From Chiloscyllium plagiosum (taxonomy: Eukaryota), in the NCBI RefSeq assembly GCF_004010195.1, contig NC_057752.1, forward strand, positions 7,586,740 through 7,629,620: 42,881 nucleotides of DNA, written 5' to 3'. This document shows, piece by piece, positions 22,150 to 35,381 of this stretch (position 1 is the first letter of the stretch; the number at the start of each line of letters is the position of its first letter). A program made the translations under genes and the position numbers. Under the pieces are notes generated by a model. It had not been told where the DNA came from and made no database searches. It saw only the letters and a program-made list of their open reading frames with translations.

Positions 22150-24710
22150 TTGAAATTCAGTCCCATTCCTCCTTTGTCCATGACACCACTTTATTTTCTC
22201 CACCAAAATGGATAATTTCACACTTCCCGCATTATACCCCATTTGCCAGATCTTTGTCCTCTCACCTTGTAGTGAGTAGAACGATGTTGGCCAGGTGGAT
22301 CTCATTCAGTATGAGTTCCCTGATTGGACTGTTAACCTGGGCCAATCAGAGTCCTGGCGAAACTGAAACAGCTGGTGGTGATTGGAGGAAACAAGAGGGC
22401 CGTCATGACCAGAATTGAAACCTTTCTGGACCCATAGGAACCAGATCACCATAGAGGACAGCATTTTATTATGGGGAGGAAGAGTGATTGTCCCGAGCAA
22501 AGTTTGCTGTCAGATGCTGGTTGAACTCCATCAGGGTCACCCAGGGGTGTCCAAAATGAAGATGTTGGTGAGAAGTTAAGTCTGGTGGCTCGGATTGGAC
22601 GCGAGAACTTTGCACCAGGTTAAACCTATTATTTTCAGACCTGCTGAGGAGGGTGAAACAGCATCAGAAACACTAATGCCGGCCACATGCCTCCTCTAAG
22701 TGAGAGTCAGATTGCTTCAGGCGATGAAGTTTGTTATGAAAACCATGGGAATGGCCCTGCTTGGGTACAAGACGAGGTCGGGTCCCATGACTGACTTAGT
22801 TAGGGCAGGTGAGACAGTCCTGAACAAACACGTGGATCACGTGAAAGCCGCTACTGTGCAAACGAAGCAGAAGCAAAACATACCCAGCCCCTCAGAACAG
22901 CCAGAAAGGCAGTCAGAAACCTTGGGTTCTCCCCCGCCATCTAGTGTCAAAGAAACCTCAGAGTCCAAGATGGATGCGGCCGATGTCGCAGCCTCAATAC
23001 TTTTAGCACGTGAAGAGGAGGAATTTCTTCTGAGACACTCTAGGTGCAAGAGATGGGCTAAGGTCCAGTATACTTCACCTGTATCCGAGTCAGAGGAACC
23101 GGACATGTTGTGAAAATGTCCCAAGAGAAGCTACAAGAAAAAGAACAGGCCTACATCCTCAGACTTAGTCAGGGAGGGATGCTGTGATTGAAACGAGATT
23201 GGCGAGGTGGATCTCATTGAGTATGAGTTCCCTGGATGGGGCACCAATCCCTGTGGCCCACCATTTGCTACATCTTACCAATCTCAATAAGACCCATTTA
23301 TATCTACTGTTTCCTGTTAGCTAGCAATCTTCTACCCTGCAACTTTTATCTTCCACAATAACCTTTTTAATGTGACACCATCAAATGCCTCTGAAAAACT
23401 AAGTACACCACATCCACAGTTCCCCCTTAATCACCGCACAAGAACTCAAGTAGTTTGGTCAAGCATGATTTCCCTTTCACAAAGCTACGTTGACACTGCC
23501 TAATTACCTTGAACATATCCGAGGCCCCTGCTGTAAGTTCATTAATAATAGCTCCAACACTTTCCCTATGACAGAGTTAAGCTAATAGGCCTGTAGATTT
23601 CTGCTTTCTGTTTCCCTCCCTTTTAGGACAAAGTAATTACATTTATTTTCTTCCAAACTCATGGATATTTCTCAGAATCAAGGAGCTTTAGAAAGTTAAA
23701 ACCCATGCATCAACTATCTCATTAACCACTTACTTTAAGACCCCAGGATGAAGCCCATTTGGACCCAGGCACTTGTCAGCCCATAGCTTCAACAATTTAC
23801 CCATACCACTTCCCTGTTGCTTGTGATTTTCCTGAGTTTCTTCCTCACTCCCACTCTGTGATTTAGTGCTGATTCTGGGATATTACTTGTATCCTCTTTC
23901 ATCGAGTCATACAGCACGGAAACAACCTGCCCATGTCAACCATAGTCCCAAACTAAACTAGTCCCACCTTGCCCTTTATCACTCCAAGCATTTCTTATTC
24001 ATGTACTTATCAAAATGTCTTTTAAATATTGTAATTGTATCAGCATTCACCACCTCCCTCTGGAAGTTCATTCCACACATGAAATAGTCTTCATGTAAAA
24101 AAAAAAATTGTCTGTCATGTCTTTCTAAAATCTTTTGTAAAGACTGATGCAAAATACCTGTTCAATTCATTGGCCATCTCCTTATTTTCCAATTATTAAT
24201 TATCCAAATTCATTGCTCAGTATTTTAAGCTTTATTTAAAATATTTATTGAAACTGTTACTATCCATTTTTATATTTCTATTGAGCTTTCCCTTATCCTC
24301 TCAGTTCTTTTCCTCCTTTTTAGTAGTTCTTTGCTTTTTTTTAAAAAGATTCTGTCCAATCTTCTGCCCTGCTACCTGACTTCAAAGATTATGGTTTTTC
24401 TTTAGGTTTTATACTATTTTTAATGCCTGTAGTTAACTACAGATAATGAGTCCATCCCATGGAAACTTCTTACTCTTTGGAATGTATCTATTCTGTGTAT
24501 TCTGCAATAAATGTCTCCCACTGCATCTCTGTTGACTTATCCTTTAACCTAGTTTGCCAATTCACTTCAGGCAGCTTTCATGCCATCATAATTACCTTTT
24601 TATTTAAACTTAGCCTTGGACCCATTCCTCTCTTTCTCAAACTGAATGTAAAATTCAACCATAATATACTCACTGGTAGCTATCTTTGCCACCTGTATTT
24701 GCTTATGTAA
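22150..24710 (-). mobile_element. Old CR1 LINE remnants interrupted by a Gypsy remnant and a younger CR1 3' end (~23900-24130)
   Basis: Antisense CR1 motifs CCAAAATGGATAATTTCACACTT, GCATGATTTCCCTTTCACAAAG, AAGCTAATAGGCCTGTAG (YRPISL). Confidence 0.75.
22268..23242 (+). mobile_element. Internally deleted Gypsy LTR retrotransposon
   Basis: Two partial LTRs at 22268-22352 and 23183-23242 (AGGTGGATCTCATT.AGTATGAGTTCCCTG). Integrase zinc-binding region LLWGGRVIVP..ELHQGHPGVSKMKML.RS*VWW, C-terminal KHVDHVK, purine tract AGGGAGGGA before the 3' LTR. Confidence 0.88.
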
Positions 24711-26209
24711 TAGCAGTGAGTACACTTTCAAATTCATTGGCTGTGAAGTATTCTGGAATGTTCGTAAGATATGAATCAGTCTCTCCAATTGCATTTACTT
24801 TATAGAATTTGAACTGTTTTATGGTCAAACAACATATCGTAGTTTTGATTAAGTTGTTTAATTGTTTGCATTTTTGGGTGACTAGTTTCATCTAAAGTGT
24901 AACATGTATTAAGAGGAAGAACCAAAATTTATTTAAACTAATCTTGTTTATCAGAGACAAGCTAATTACAATTTATAAATGTTTTAAAATGTGTTAAAAA
25001 TCTTTCTTGTAATGGCATAAAAACAGAGGAAATGGAAAATAATTATCGCAAATTGTAGGGAATAATATTGCAGGATGCTAGCAGCAATGGCATATTTAAG
25101 AAATTTGCATGATGGGTACCTACTGTCACCCAGCAAGGCCCCTCAGTAATCACCGGTTGCAAACTCTGGCAGACCTTGTTACTAATATGGGCGTTGTAAA
25201 TGTCAACCAGCCAAATCGTATTGCACATTTTTGATCTGGCTTAATAACACTTTGTTTATTGAAGAAGGTTATGCAGTAATTGTCATTTTTTGGCACTTGC
25301 TTGTGATACTTGGGTCAAATCCTATTACTGTTGACTACCTGCTGGGCAGCATCAATTAAGTTCATATGCCACTGATTTCACCGATGCAGGCACTTTGTAT
25401 ATTATTGGTGCAGCATGGCATAGTGAACAGTTCTGAATAAATTTGGCTTGGGAACTTCAACTAGAAATGAAAAGCAAAGACATGCATGAAAACATTGGCA
25501 TTTGATGAGTTCTTCATTTGTGTAAAGGAATCGTTTGGGCTAATTGCCCAATGTTGTGAAGCCAACTTTCTCTATCATCTACAATTGAAAGTAGTAGAAT
25601 TGCACTTAAATGTAAGCTACAGATGTAAAATATTTGAGCAAGTGTTAGACTATCCATGTGCTGTACCCTAGTTTGGAACTTGCTTTACAATGAGTTTCCA
25701 GGCTTCAGTTGGTCCTGTCATCACTGGGAGAAGGTGCTGTACAACAATCAAACATGTCCACAAGGGACACAGAAAATTAGAGAGGAGATTACTCCTAGCA
25801 CTGTTGCCTACCATTTCCATGGCAACATTGATGGAGGCCTTTGAGTAGGTCAACATAAATTTTGGTTTCCCTTTTACATCCTGATTAGGACTGGACAGTC
25901 TGGCTATTGAATTGACTATTTAAAATTTAAGTAAGAGTTGAATAAAATTAGACTCTTAAATCTATGATATTGAGGTATTTGTCATTAAATTCAGGATGGA
26001 ATAACCTCATTTGCGAGGCAGCTTAAGGTGAGATTTTTATTTAATACGCTAAATAATTTGAAGTCAATGGAGACTAATATCAGGAAGAATATAAAATGGG
26101 TGTAGACCCAATTCCAACCCATAGCATTAGGTTCAAACCAGGGCTGAAAGTTCAGCAAAAACAAACCTCAAAACTCAAATCATAATCCAATCTACTCTTT
26201 CCTGGATCC

Positions 26210-26342
26210 AAAGATAAAATACCTCAGATGCTGGAAATCTGAATTAACAACAGACGATGCTGGAAATACTCAGGAGGTGACAGCATCCGTGTAAAGGCAC
26301 AGAGTTGGTGTTTCAGGCTGATGTTGACTCTTAATCAGACCT
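26210..26342 (-). mobile_element. Old PLE-type terminal repeat with degenerate hammerhead layout
   Basis: CAGATGCTGGAAATCTG..TGCTGGAAATACTCAG..CAGCATCCGTG. Minus strand has CTGATTAAGAGTC..CCTGAAAC. Related to 31180-31290. Confidence 0.6.
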
Positions 26343-26384
26343 GAGATTGATATCAGCCATGATATATTTATAAGCCAAAGATTG

Positions 26385-26640
26385 AGAGATCCTACACAGG
26401 TCCCCAGTGGATCCTTGGAAACAGTCAGTTGCATAAACATTTAGTGCAGCTGTCACCTTGGGATCAGGATAGGAGGACCACATCCCTCAGGTTGCAGGAC
26501 CCTCTGTAGTTGGCACAGTTCTGTGGTGTGTTCCAGGATATCCTCAGTCTGTGGCGAGGCTAAATTTGACTGCACCTGGAGGAAATGGTTTGAGGACCAT
26601 AGACCCTGGGCCTCCTGGAATTAGTTCAGCCTCACATGGA
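26385..26640 (-). mobile_element. PIF/Harbinger transposase remnant
   Basis: Minus strand reads KVTAALNVYATDCFQGSTGDLC, homologous to 32470-32545. Confidence 0.8.
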
Positions 26641-27164
26641 AGCCTATGTTCAATTTGCAAAGTTCAATATCATAGTCAAGTTTGCTCGTGACCAGCTTTC
26701 CATACAGTTGTATGTTATGTGTATTTCAATTACACAGTCATATGTTTACAAATTACTTCAACTTGTGCTCTACACATGCATGTTGATGGAATTGCCCCTT
26801 GATAAGATGTTGCTCACAAATAGAGTCCATGTTGTGGCTTAGAGAAAAAGCACTGTCTGTGCCCTCTCCTGTTGCAGCCATTTTTCATTCCCAGGCTTAG
26901 TCTCCTCAGGAAGCCCACCACTAAAGCTCCTGGTGCCTTTCTACTTGGCAATCATTTGACAGCCCATCATGATTGCTCCCTCAAATATTCTGACCCACCT
27001 CATGGTTATGACTGCAATTCTCAACCTTACCCCCTGAACCTCATCCCTGTGGTTTAGCCCTGCCCACCATTTGTAATGTACATTCTTCACATCAAGGCCA
27101 TGGTGCTGGTGACTGCCTATAAGACCGACCCCTCTCACAGAATACCATGTTCTCCCAACCAACT

Positions 27165-27484
27165 GATTAGATTAGATTAGCTACAGTGTGGAAACAGGCC
27201 CTTCGGCCCAACAAGTCCACACTGACTCTCTGAAGAGCAACCCACCCAGACCCATTCCCCTACATTTACCCCTGCACCTAACACTATGGGAAATTTAGCA
27301 TGGCCAAGTCACCTGACCTGCAAATCTTTGGACTGTGGGAGGAAACCAGAGCACCCAGAGGAAACCCACGCAGACACTGGGAGAATGTGCAAACTCCACA
27401 CAGACAGTTGCCCGAGGCGGGAATTGAACCCGGGTCCCTGGTGCTGTGAAGCGGCAGTGCTAACCATTGAGCCACTGATGCCCC
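27165..27484 (-). mobile_element. Full-length HE1-type V-SINE
   Basis: tRNA head (TGGCTCAATGG; GGTTCAATTCC), V-domain TGTGTGGAGTTTGCACATTCTCCC..GTGGGTTTCCTC, CR1-like tail GGCCGAAGGGCCTGTTTCCACACTGTA and (TCTAA)n end. Confidence 0.93.
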
Positions 27485-28684
27485 ACCGTGACTGCCCCAC
27501 TTATATGTCAAATTGTCCACCACCATTATCGTTTTCCCCTCAGCCCCACAGATTGCAGTCTACAATCTGCAGCATCGTTTCTCCCACCTTCCTACCACAA
27601 CAATGTTCCCTGATTCTCCCCATCCCGACCTTCATTGCACAGATCCCCAGGACTGACTATGGACCCAGCCCCCTGACCGATGTAGGTGGGACAGCTTGAC
27701 TGATGACTGACCATACCACTGAACACACTCCATGTAGTTAGTTGGTGTGTCTGACCCTGATAACCCCAAATGGCCAACTGTCCTTGATTGACTGTAGAGC
27801 AGAACCCCCTGACTGACAGCAGATCCCCTAGACCTAACTAAAAACTGGTGCCCTTTGACTTTGAGACATGGCCATTTGGTTGATGCTTCTGTTGTGTGTA
27901 GGCAGCTGCCACATGCTGTAGGTGTCAGATTGTCAGAGTAAAATGTCATACAGCACCATGTTCAACCTGCTTGACTGGTGAGTACTAAGAACCTAAGCAC
28001 TGGCTCTGTGGCTGCACTAAAAGGTAAGGTATAGAGATGTAATGTATGCCTGTAAGGTCTGACTGTGGTGGGGGGCCAAAGTGGCAAAAAGACAAGATCG
28101 GGATGCTGAGAGCACCCAGGTAGCCACCAAATGAGTGTGCACTAAGGGAGTGAATGAGCAGTCCTGAGATGCAGTCTGATCCAGTGTGTCAGCTGGGTAT
28201 GTATCCCCAGTGCACAAAGTGTCCTTATAGCAGCCTTTCAATGCGATGTGCCAGTTCAGTTCAAAGTGCAGCATAGCAGTGCAGAACCAGACCATATGTG
28301 AATCAAAGATGTGCCATGATGATGTAGCAAGGCTGGCACATGTTAGATACCAACGTCCATGGACGTAGAGTGTGTTTGGTTGTTGCACTGGAGCATGCTT
28401 GAAATGTTCGAGCTGAGTGTTCAAGATGGAGTTTGGGAGGAGTAAGCAGGGAGCCGGACTTGCCAGGTACAGGTCAGACTTTCATGTCAAGAATTCTCAG
28501 TGTCTGGTTTAATGAGGCAAAATTAGGAAGGAATGAGGATGATTATGAGCAATAGTTGCTGTTAATAGATCTCTTACTGCTCATTAGCGAGAATCTCATC
28601 TCAATTTCCAGAACATGGTTGGAAAGCATGACTAGTTAATCTTGACATTGAGAAAGGGCTGGGGAGATTCCACCCCATCAAACT

Positions 28685-28915
28685 ACTATCGATTGTCGCA
28701 AAAACACCTCTGCTTCACTAATGGGCTTGAGGGAAGGAAATCTGACATCCTTTCTTGGTCTGATGTACATATGACTTCAGATCCATAGTGATGTGGTTGA
28801 CTCTTAACTGCCCCCTGAAATGGCCTAGCAAGCCACTCAGTTCATGGGTAATCAGAGGGCAATGGGCGATGAGCAATAAATGCTGACTTTCTCGGCCATG
28901 TAAGAATCAAGAAAA
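28685..28915 (+). mobile_element. Deu-domain SINE fragment
   Basis: TTCACTAATG..AGGGAAGGAAATCTG..ATGTGGTTGACTCTTAACTGCCCCCTGAAATGGCCTAGCAAGCCACTCAG..AATAAATGCTG. Confidence 0.8.
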
Positions 28916-28979
28916 GTTCCAAATTAGCAGCAGAGCTTCAAGTAGGCAAGTGAATAGAAGCATCTCTACCACTTTCAGA

Positions 28980-30065
28980 AGTGATTCCTGAAAGATCACC
29001 ACCAATGTCTCCACAATCTCCTCAGCGATTTCCTTCAGAACACTGGGGTGTAGTCCATTCAGCCCAGTGATTTATCCATCTTTAAACCTGACAGCTTCCC
29101 CACACCTTCTCCATAGTGATGGTCACCACACTCGCCTCTACCCCCAACTCTCTTGAAGTTCTGGTATGCTGCTGGTGTCTTCCACCATGAGGACTGTCAC
29201 AAAGCTAGTCTCTTTTTTTCTAAAAGCTATTCCTTCGCTCAAGGAGACTGTCCTTGATTTATTTTCAGAGGGGTAATAAGCCGGGCCGGGGTCTGATCAG
29301 TCTGGTTTGATACAAAGATGAAAAAGATTTTGAGGTCTTCTGTTTATATGTAAACAAATGAGACTTCAGGCCAAAGTAGTCATGCTTTCGAAGTTTTAGT
29401 TCAGTCTTGAACTGGGAAGTTCAACAGGGAGCCCTCTCTCTCTCGCCCTCTCTCTCTCGCCCTCTCTCTCTCTCTCTCTCGCCCTTCAACTTCAACCTGT
29501 AAGCGTGTGTTTCATGAATACTGGTTTTTAAAGGGAAGTTGCTTATTGGGATTGTTGTGTGTATTTTGAACAGCATAAATAGATCTAGTTGGATCGGCTG
29601 AGTTCTGTAGGGGTTCTTTATTCTGTTCTTTTGTGTTTCATTGTGTAATTTTGTGAATTTGTTTGGTCTGTTTTAAAATCTAGTAGTCAACCCAGCTATC
29701 TTACTCCGGTTAATTTTCCCTGTACACTTACTGAAACAAATTGTAAAGTGAGGTCTTGGGCTGCCTGCTTAAGAACGTTTTGAGTGGTCTGGCCTAGTCC
29801 ATAACAGGACTGATGCAAAGTATGTCTTCAGTTCCTCTGCCATTTCTTTGTTCTCCATGACTACTTCTCCAGCCTCGTTTTGCAGCGGTCCAATGTCCAC
29901 TCTTGCCCCTCTTGCTTACCTGTTATATTTTTTTTTAAAAACTTGCAATCTTCTTTTATATTACTAGCTAGCTTACCCACATATTTCCTCTTCTCCCCCA
30001 CCCCTTACAGGTTTTTTAGTCATCCTCTGCTGGTTTTTACAAGTTTCCCACTAATCTTGACACTG
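28980..30065 (-). mobile_element. Old CR1 ORF2 fragment split by a solo LTR
   Basis: The antisense CR1 motif TCTTCCACCATGAGGAC|TGATGCAAAGTA (YFASVLMVED) is continuous once the LTR and one TSD copy are removed. Confidence 0.75.
29195..29806. mobile_element. Solo LTR, 612 bp, with 4-bp TSD GGAC
   Basis: TGTCAC...ATAACA termini; GGAC at 29191-29194 and 29807-29810; internal (CT)n tract at 29433-29482. Confidence 0.85.
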
Positions 30066-30584
30066 CATGATGAGATGAGTGCCTCTCCTTTTCCTTGTCC
30101 TTGCCTTTTTCTTGTGGGCTTATTAAAGCAGCAGGCTTTCCTTACAGCACTCTTATGGTCCACGCTGAATATTCAGAATGAGGCCTGTGCCTCCAAGGGC
30201 AAAACAAAATTGACATTTACATTGTGTGGAATCAGTCTCATCGAGGCACAGTTTCTTGTTGTTGTTGTTGTTAAGTAGCTGGTTAAACTAGAAATTATCA
30301 TCCTTCAGCAAGATTCAAAATGGCAGTCAGTAGACAACCTGCCTTTAGGAAAGTGGCAAATAGTAGTGATTGAACAGCTTATTTGAACAGAAAATGTAAA
30401 TGAATTGACAGAGTTGTGATTTCCAGTTCTAATCAGGGAGAAGATGATTTCTGGGGGAGAGGCAGTCTGCAACTGCACATTCCTAGCCACCTGCCCCTGA
30501 ACTAAAATCCATCAAACAGAATTACAGTGTCATGTTATCGGGATTCATTTCTGCAGGAGATATCATGCTATTATTTTTTTATAA

Positions 30585-30895
30585 TTCACTCATGGAATGA
30601 GGGTATCACTGGCTAGGCAAGCATTTATTGCCCAGAGGGTGCTTAAGAGTCAAACACATTGTTGTGGGTCTGGAGTCACGTGTAAGGTTGCAGTTTCCTT
30701 CCTTTAGGGAAATTAGTGAACCAGATGGGTTTTTTGACAAAATTGACTCATGGTCATCGTTAGACTCTTGATTCCAGATTTTCATTGAGTTCCAATTCCA
30801 CCATCTGCCATGGCAGGATTCAGACCTGGGTCCCCAGAACATTACCTAGGTTTCTGGATTAACAGTCCAGTGATAATACCACTAGGTCATTGCCT
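30585..30895 (-). mobile_element. Deu-domain SINE, near full length
   Basis: Minus strand has head GGCAATGACCTAGTGGTATTATCACTGGACTG, then CCCATCTGGTTCACTAATTTCCCT and tail AATAAATGC. Confidence 0.82.
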
Positions 30896-31179
30896 CCATC
30901 AAAATGTAAAGGCAGTTTACTTATCTATTAGCTAATTTGTTTAAAAGAAAATATCTACTGCAGGAATAAGCCCCAGTAACATAACACTGTAATTCAGTTT
31001 GTTGGCTTTTACATGTAAAAAAGGTGCCATTAAAAATAGATTGTCCCACTTTCAGCTGGCTGGGGGATCTACACTCTGCAAGATTGCCATTTTTTTGTGG
31101 TCGAAGAAAGAAAACTGTTTAAAATTTGCAACTGATAATGCTGGACAGATCATCAAAGTTTTCAATGAGTGATGAAGTG

Positions 31180-31290
31180 TTTGAAGAAGTTCTGAGGTCA
31201 TTGGATCTGAAACATTTGATTCTTCTTTCTCTCCACAGATACTGGCAGACCTGCTGAGTTTCTGCAGCAATTTCTGTTTTGGTTCAGAAT
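31180..31290 (+). mobile_element. Old PLE-type terminal repeat with degenerate hammerhead layout
   Basis: GGTCATTGGATCTGAAACA..TCTCTCCACAGATACTGGCAGACCTGCTGAGTTTCTGCAGCA. Confidence 0.6.
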
Positions 31291-32189
31291 TTAAAGTGGT
31301 GTGTGGAGCACTTGGATGCTCAGTAGTGATGGGCTTGCCAAGGAAGAAAAGAACATGGAGGTTCAGAGAGGTGGGGAGGCATGATTAGCAGACTGAAGCT
31401 GCGACTCATTGTGTCGAGCACAGACTGCATTACCCACCATACTAATGTGACCTGTGAATGCACACTGGAAATGGAGAATGGCAGCAGCCATACCCAGAGT
31501 GTGTGAATTGTGTTTTTATTTCTTTCTGGGCATAGGGGCTTTATATGCAAGTGATGTGAGGTCCTTCAAAGCACAAATCAGGCACTTTCAGTACAGGTTT
31601 AAGACATCTCGAAGTATAGTATAGTGCCTGTGAAATGCCTGCAGTATCTCACTGTGTGTGGTCACAAGCAACCTTGACCACATCATTGTTTGTTGCTGAT
31701 TGATCATAGTCATTTTTGTGAAGATGAAATAATCATAGGTAATCTTTAAAAATCCCACCTGCGGACCACAATTCACAAAGAAATTCCAAGATCTCGTCGG
31801 CTGCACAAGGGCATGGAACCGACTTCCTCTCACCTTGAACTGTAAGTATTCACCAACATGTTCTGATATACAATGCAGCCTTTGAATGATGTGGGGTTGG
31901 AAGGATTAGGTGCGAGTAATCCTACCACACTTACAATCTCTTACTATATTTTTGCGACATGCCTTGTGCTGCATTCATCAGAATAAGGTTCTTTTGTAAT
32001 AGGTGCATGAAGAGGTTTTCCATGTCCCACTGTATGGAGCACTGTGTTAAACCATCATTTGTGTATTTTGCAAAAACTGACTGCTCACGTTACTAAGGAC
32101 CTGCTCTGTTTCTGATATTCCCCACCCTAGCTAATTGGAACTGTGGCTGATGATGGATCCAGCCACAGCAGAGGACACATCACTGTTGC

Positions 32190-32850
32190 TGCAATGCAAC
32201 AAAGACATGGAGAAATGGAGGAGCAACAGGCATGGTAGCAAGCCCAGGACAAACAGCAATGTCTGCCGGCTGCTGAACAGCCTCCACATGGAGGTCACAG
32301 CTGACGATCCCCTCGGGAGGCCCAGGGTCTATTGTCCTCAATGCTATTTTGTCCAAATGAGCAAAGGTACAGTGTCGTCGCAGACAGTGGATGACCCTGA
32401 ACACAAAACGGTGCCAACTGCTGCAGTGGGACCTGCAACCTGAGGGATGGATGGCTCTCCTATCCTGAGGGCCATCAGGGTGACAGCTGCATTCAACTTT
32501 TATGCAACTGACTGCTTCCAGGGAGCCACTGGGGACCTGTGTGGGATCTCTGAACCCTGGTCCCACAAATGTATTAAGGCTGGTGATGCATCTTGTTTCC
32601 TCATATTGAATTCAGTGCTGCAGCTCAGCCATTCGGCTTTGCCAAAATAGCAGGCTTCCCCTGGTACAGGGAGTCACAGACTGTACACACACAACATTGA
32701 GAGCACCAAATCATAATGCAGCAGAATTCATCAACAGAAAAGGTTTCCATTCCATCAATATCATAGTCATCTGTAATCATCAGTATCAGATCTTAGAAGT
32801 CTGTGCCAGATACCCAAATGTACTTGACCAGGTATACGGCTGGCCACCAG
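32190..32850 (+). mobile_element. PIF/Harbinger (HARBI1-like DDE) transposase remnant
   Basis: RVTAAFNFYATDCFQGATGDLCGISE; AGFP.VQGVTDCTH..RAP..EFINRKGFHSINI.VICNHQYQILEVCARYP. Frameshifted. Confidence 0.88.
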
Positions 32851-33294
32851 CCCCTGGGATCCTAGAAGCCCTGGCAGTTATGTGTGCGTCCACCTGTAGT
32901 GAGAGGGACAATACAATGAGTGATGTGCTGCATAGCCAATGAGGTGAGTTTTGAAAATAGCATGAGAAATCTCATTAGGGCTTGTAGAAAGAACACCTCC
33001 AATGAAACTCACCAAAAAATGGCTTATTGAGCCACTCAATTCAAGGGCCATAAATGCTGGGTCAGCCAGTTATGGCCACATCCCATGAGTCAATTAAAAA
33101 CAAAAATTGGCACTGAGCCGATTTCTTGTAAAATTCAGTCCCATGACCTCCCTCTTTAACACGCACAATATGCAAATATAAATCAAACTTATACATAACT
33201 CTGTCCACTTTTGGAACCCAAATTTCCAAATAATAGGAATAATATCTCATGAAACTTCTTCACACTTGGCCATCAAGCTGCATCATGCTTTAGT

Positions 33295-33620
33295 CACAAC
33301 ATAGAAAACAGGAAAACATTTGGCACTTCAAACTTGCTCTGCCATTCAGTATGATTATGGCTGATCATCCAACTCAGTACCCTGTTTCCACTTTCTCCCC
33401 ATATCTGTTGATCCATTTAGTCCAAAGATCTCTATTGAATTCCTTCTTGAAAATGTTCAATGTTTCAATTTTAACCACTGTCTGTGGCAGAGAATTTCAC
33501 AGGCTCGCCACTCTCTGGGCGAAGACGTTTCTCCTCATCTCAGACTTAAATGGCCCAACATCCTTAAATTGTGACCCCTGGTTCTGGACTCCCCCCAATA
33601 GGAGGATCATTCTCCCTCCA
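33295..33620 (-). mobile_element. CR1 LINE 3' end
   Basis: Antisense of RNVFAQRVASLWNSLPQ and the CR1 tail (ATGGCTGATCATCC). Confidence 0.85.
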
Positions 33621-35089
33621 TCATAATGATGAGACGGAGTGCTAGCACTGAAGGAAAGGAAAGAAAATTTGAAGCAAATCCTACACTCAGGATCCTAGTG
33701 TCTTGTGGGACATCCTGCCTATGTGCCAAAACTCTGCAAGCTGAAAATTGGCCAGCTCAGTCACTTGTGCTGAAAAATCACAATCTTGTATAAATGCTCG
33801 CAAAAATGTAAGTGTGAATTAAAGCATGTTTCCCAGCTTTATATTTGTCCAATGTTGTTTTGAACTCAAACACACCAGAGAATAATGTGGGAGATAAAAG
33901 TATTTTGAACTGTGAATGACACAAAGGTGCATGTCATGTCACAGACTCCAGTTTGTTCTTCTGTATGTATAATATGCTTGGTCACAAGTCTGACAGAAGA
34001 GGTATCTTATTTCACTAGAACTATAGCATTTGAAAGGATAATAGAGTTTGTGACAATCAATATTTATCACTTAAGCCTATGAATACATTTCAAATTGCTA
34101 AACAATTCAAATGTGTCATTTGGGAAAAGGTTCTGTTTTATCCTGGCAAATGCAGATCTTGCAATTCTTCAACGTTAACTACTCCAGTAACTTTGGCCTT
34201 GTATGTGCTGGGGTTACTTCTCATGGATGACAATTTTGCAATGTTGACCATGTAATTAAGGAGGCAAGGTATTTCTCAGATACCCAAGGGAAAATCCAAG
34301 AGAGAGTCATGGCTGACCTACTCCTGTTCAGCATGCCTTCATAACCATGACTGTGCTTCAGCTGTAATTCCTGTTATCCAAAATGTTTTGGGACACTCCT
34401 GATACATGCAAAAAGGTAGCTATATTAATGTAACTTTATTTTGTTTTCCTTCTCTACTTTTCAATTCTTTTCCTTTTTTATTTCTTTTATTTAGATCTGG
34501 GAGCAGGATATCTGCCTTGTCCTTCAGGCTGAATTGTGAATGGAGCATTACACATTTCCCCATTTGATATGATTTTATTCCTATCTGTTATCTCGATCAT
34601 TTGCCTCCAATCTGTTTGTCACTGGCATCTCTAATCCAGGTATAATACAGCATCACTGTAACACCCTTTGTGTAATACAAGGGAGAACTGACAATGGCAG
34701 TTTTTTGAAGGTTTTCATCAAGTGATACAATAATGTGACACTGCTGAAGTGATGCACAATTACTATCATAATTCTCATGATAGTGTGCATCCTGTTGTCC
34801 TCTTTTATTCAATGTTTAAGGAGATGGTACTGATTTGAAAACAACAGTTTCGGATCAGAGCCATTGTCACCTGTCAGAGAGGTGGCTTGATTAATTAAAG
34901 GGAGCACAGACGTTACAATCCATGGATTGCTCTCTCACCATCTATTCACCAATTTTCTTTGTATAAACATATTGCCATCCAAAATTGACAGATAAGTAGA
35001 TGTTGGTGCTCTAAGACGTTTTGGAAGCTGATGTCATTTGTGCTATTTTGAACAATGGAGCAGATAACTTGAAAAACAATTTAGATGTT

Positions 35090-35365
35090 ACTGTTAAGTT
35101 GAAACTGCAACTAGAGTACAGCACATATTCCAAAAAAGATGTCATATTATTGAAGTCCATCTAGAGGAGAGCAACAAGGCCCATTCCTGAACCTGACAAA
35201 AGTCTTGAGATTCTAATAGGCAGGGAAAATTTGGATTCTGGAAAGTTTGTCTGTTGGCACAGGTTTAGAGAAACAGGGAACACTGTATATAGTGAAACAT
35301 GTTAAGAGAAATAAGAAATTTACGTAATATTTTCTTCATAAGAGAATGCTAGTATTATGAGAGGT
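35090..35365 (+). mobile_element. Highly decayed CR1-like 3' ORF2 remnant
   Basis: KKDVILLKSI*RRATRPIPEP resembles the CR1 KDI.LLE.VQRRATK.IP motif. Confidence 0.45.
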
Positions 35366-35381
35366 TACCTTTAGGTTTGTA

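Noticed and set aside
32447..32942. Host HARBI1 gene
   Set aside because: Fragmented by stops and frameshifts, and a second decayed copy lies at 26385-26640, consistent with a transposon family.
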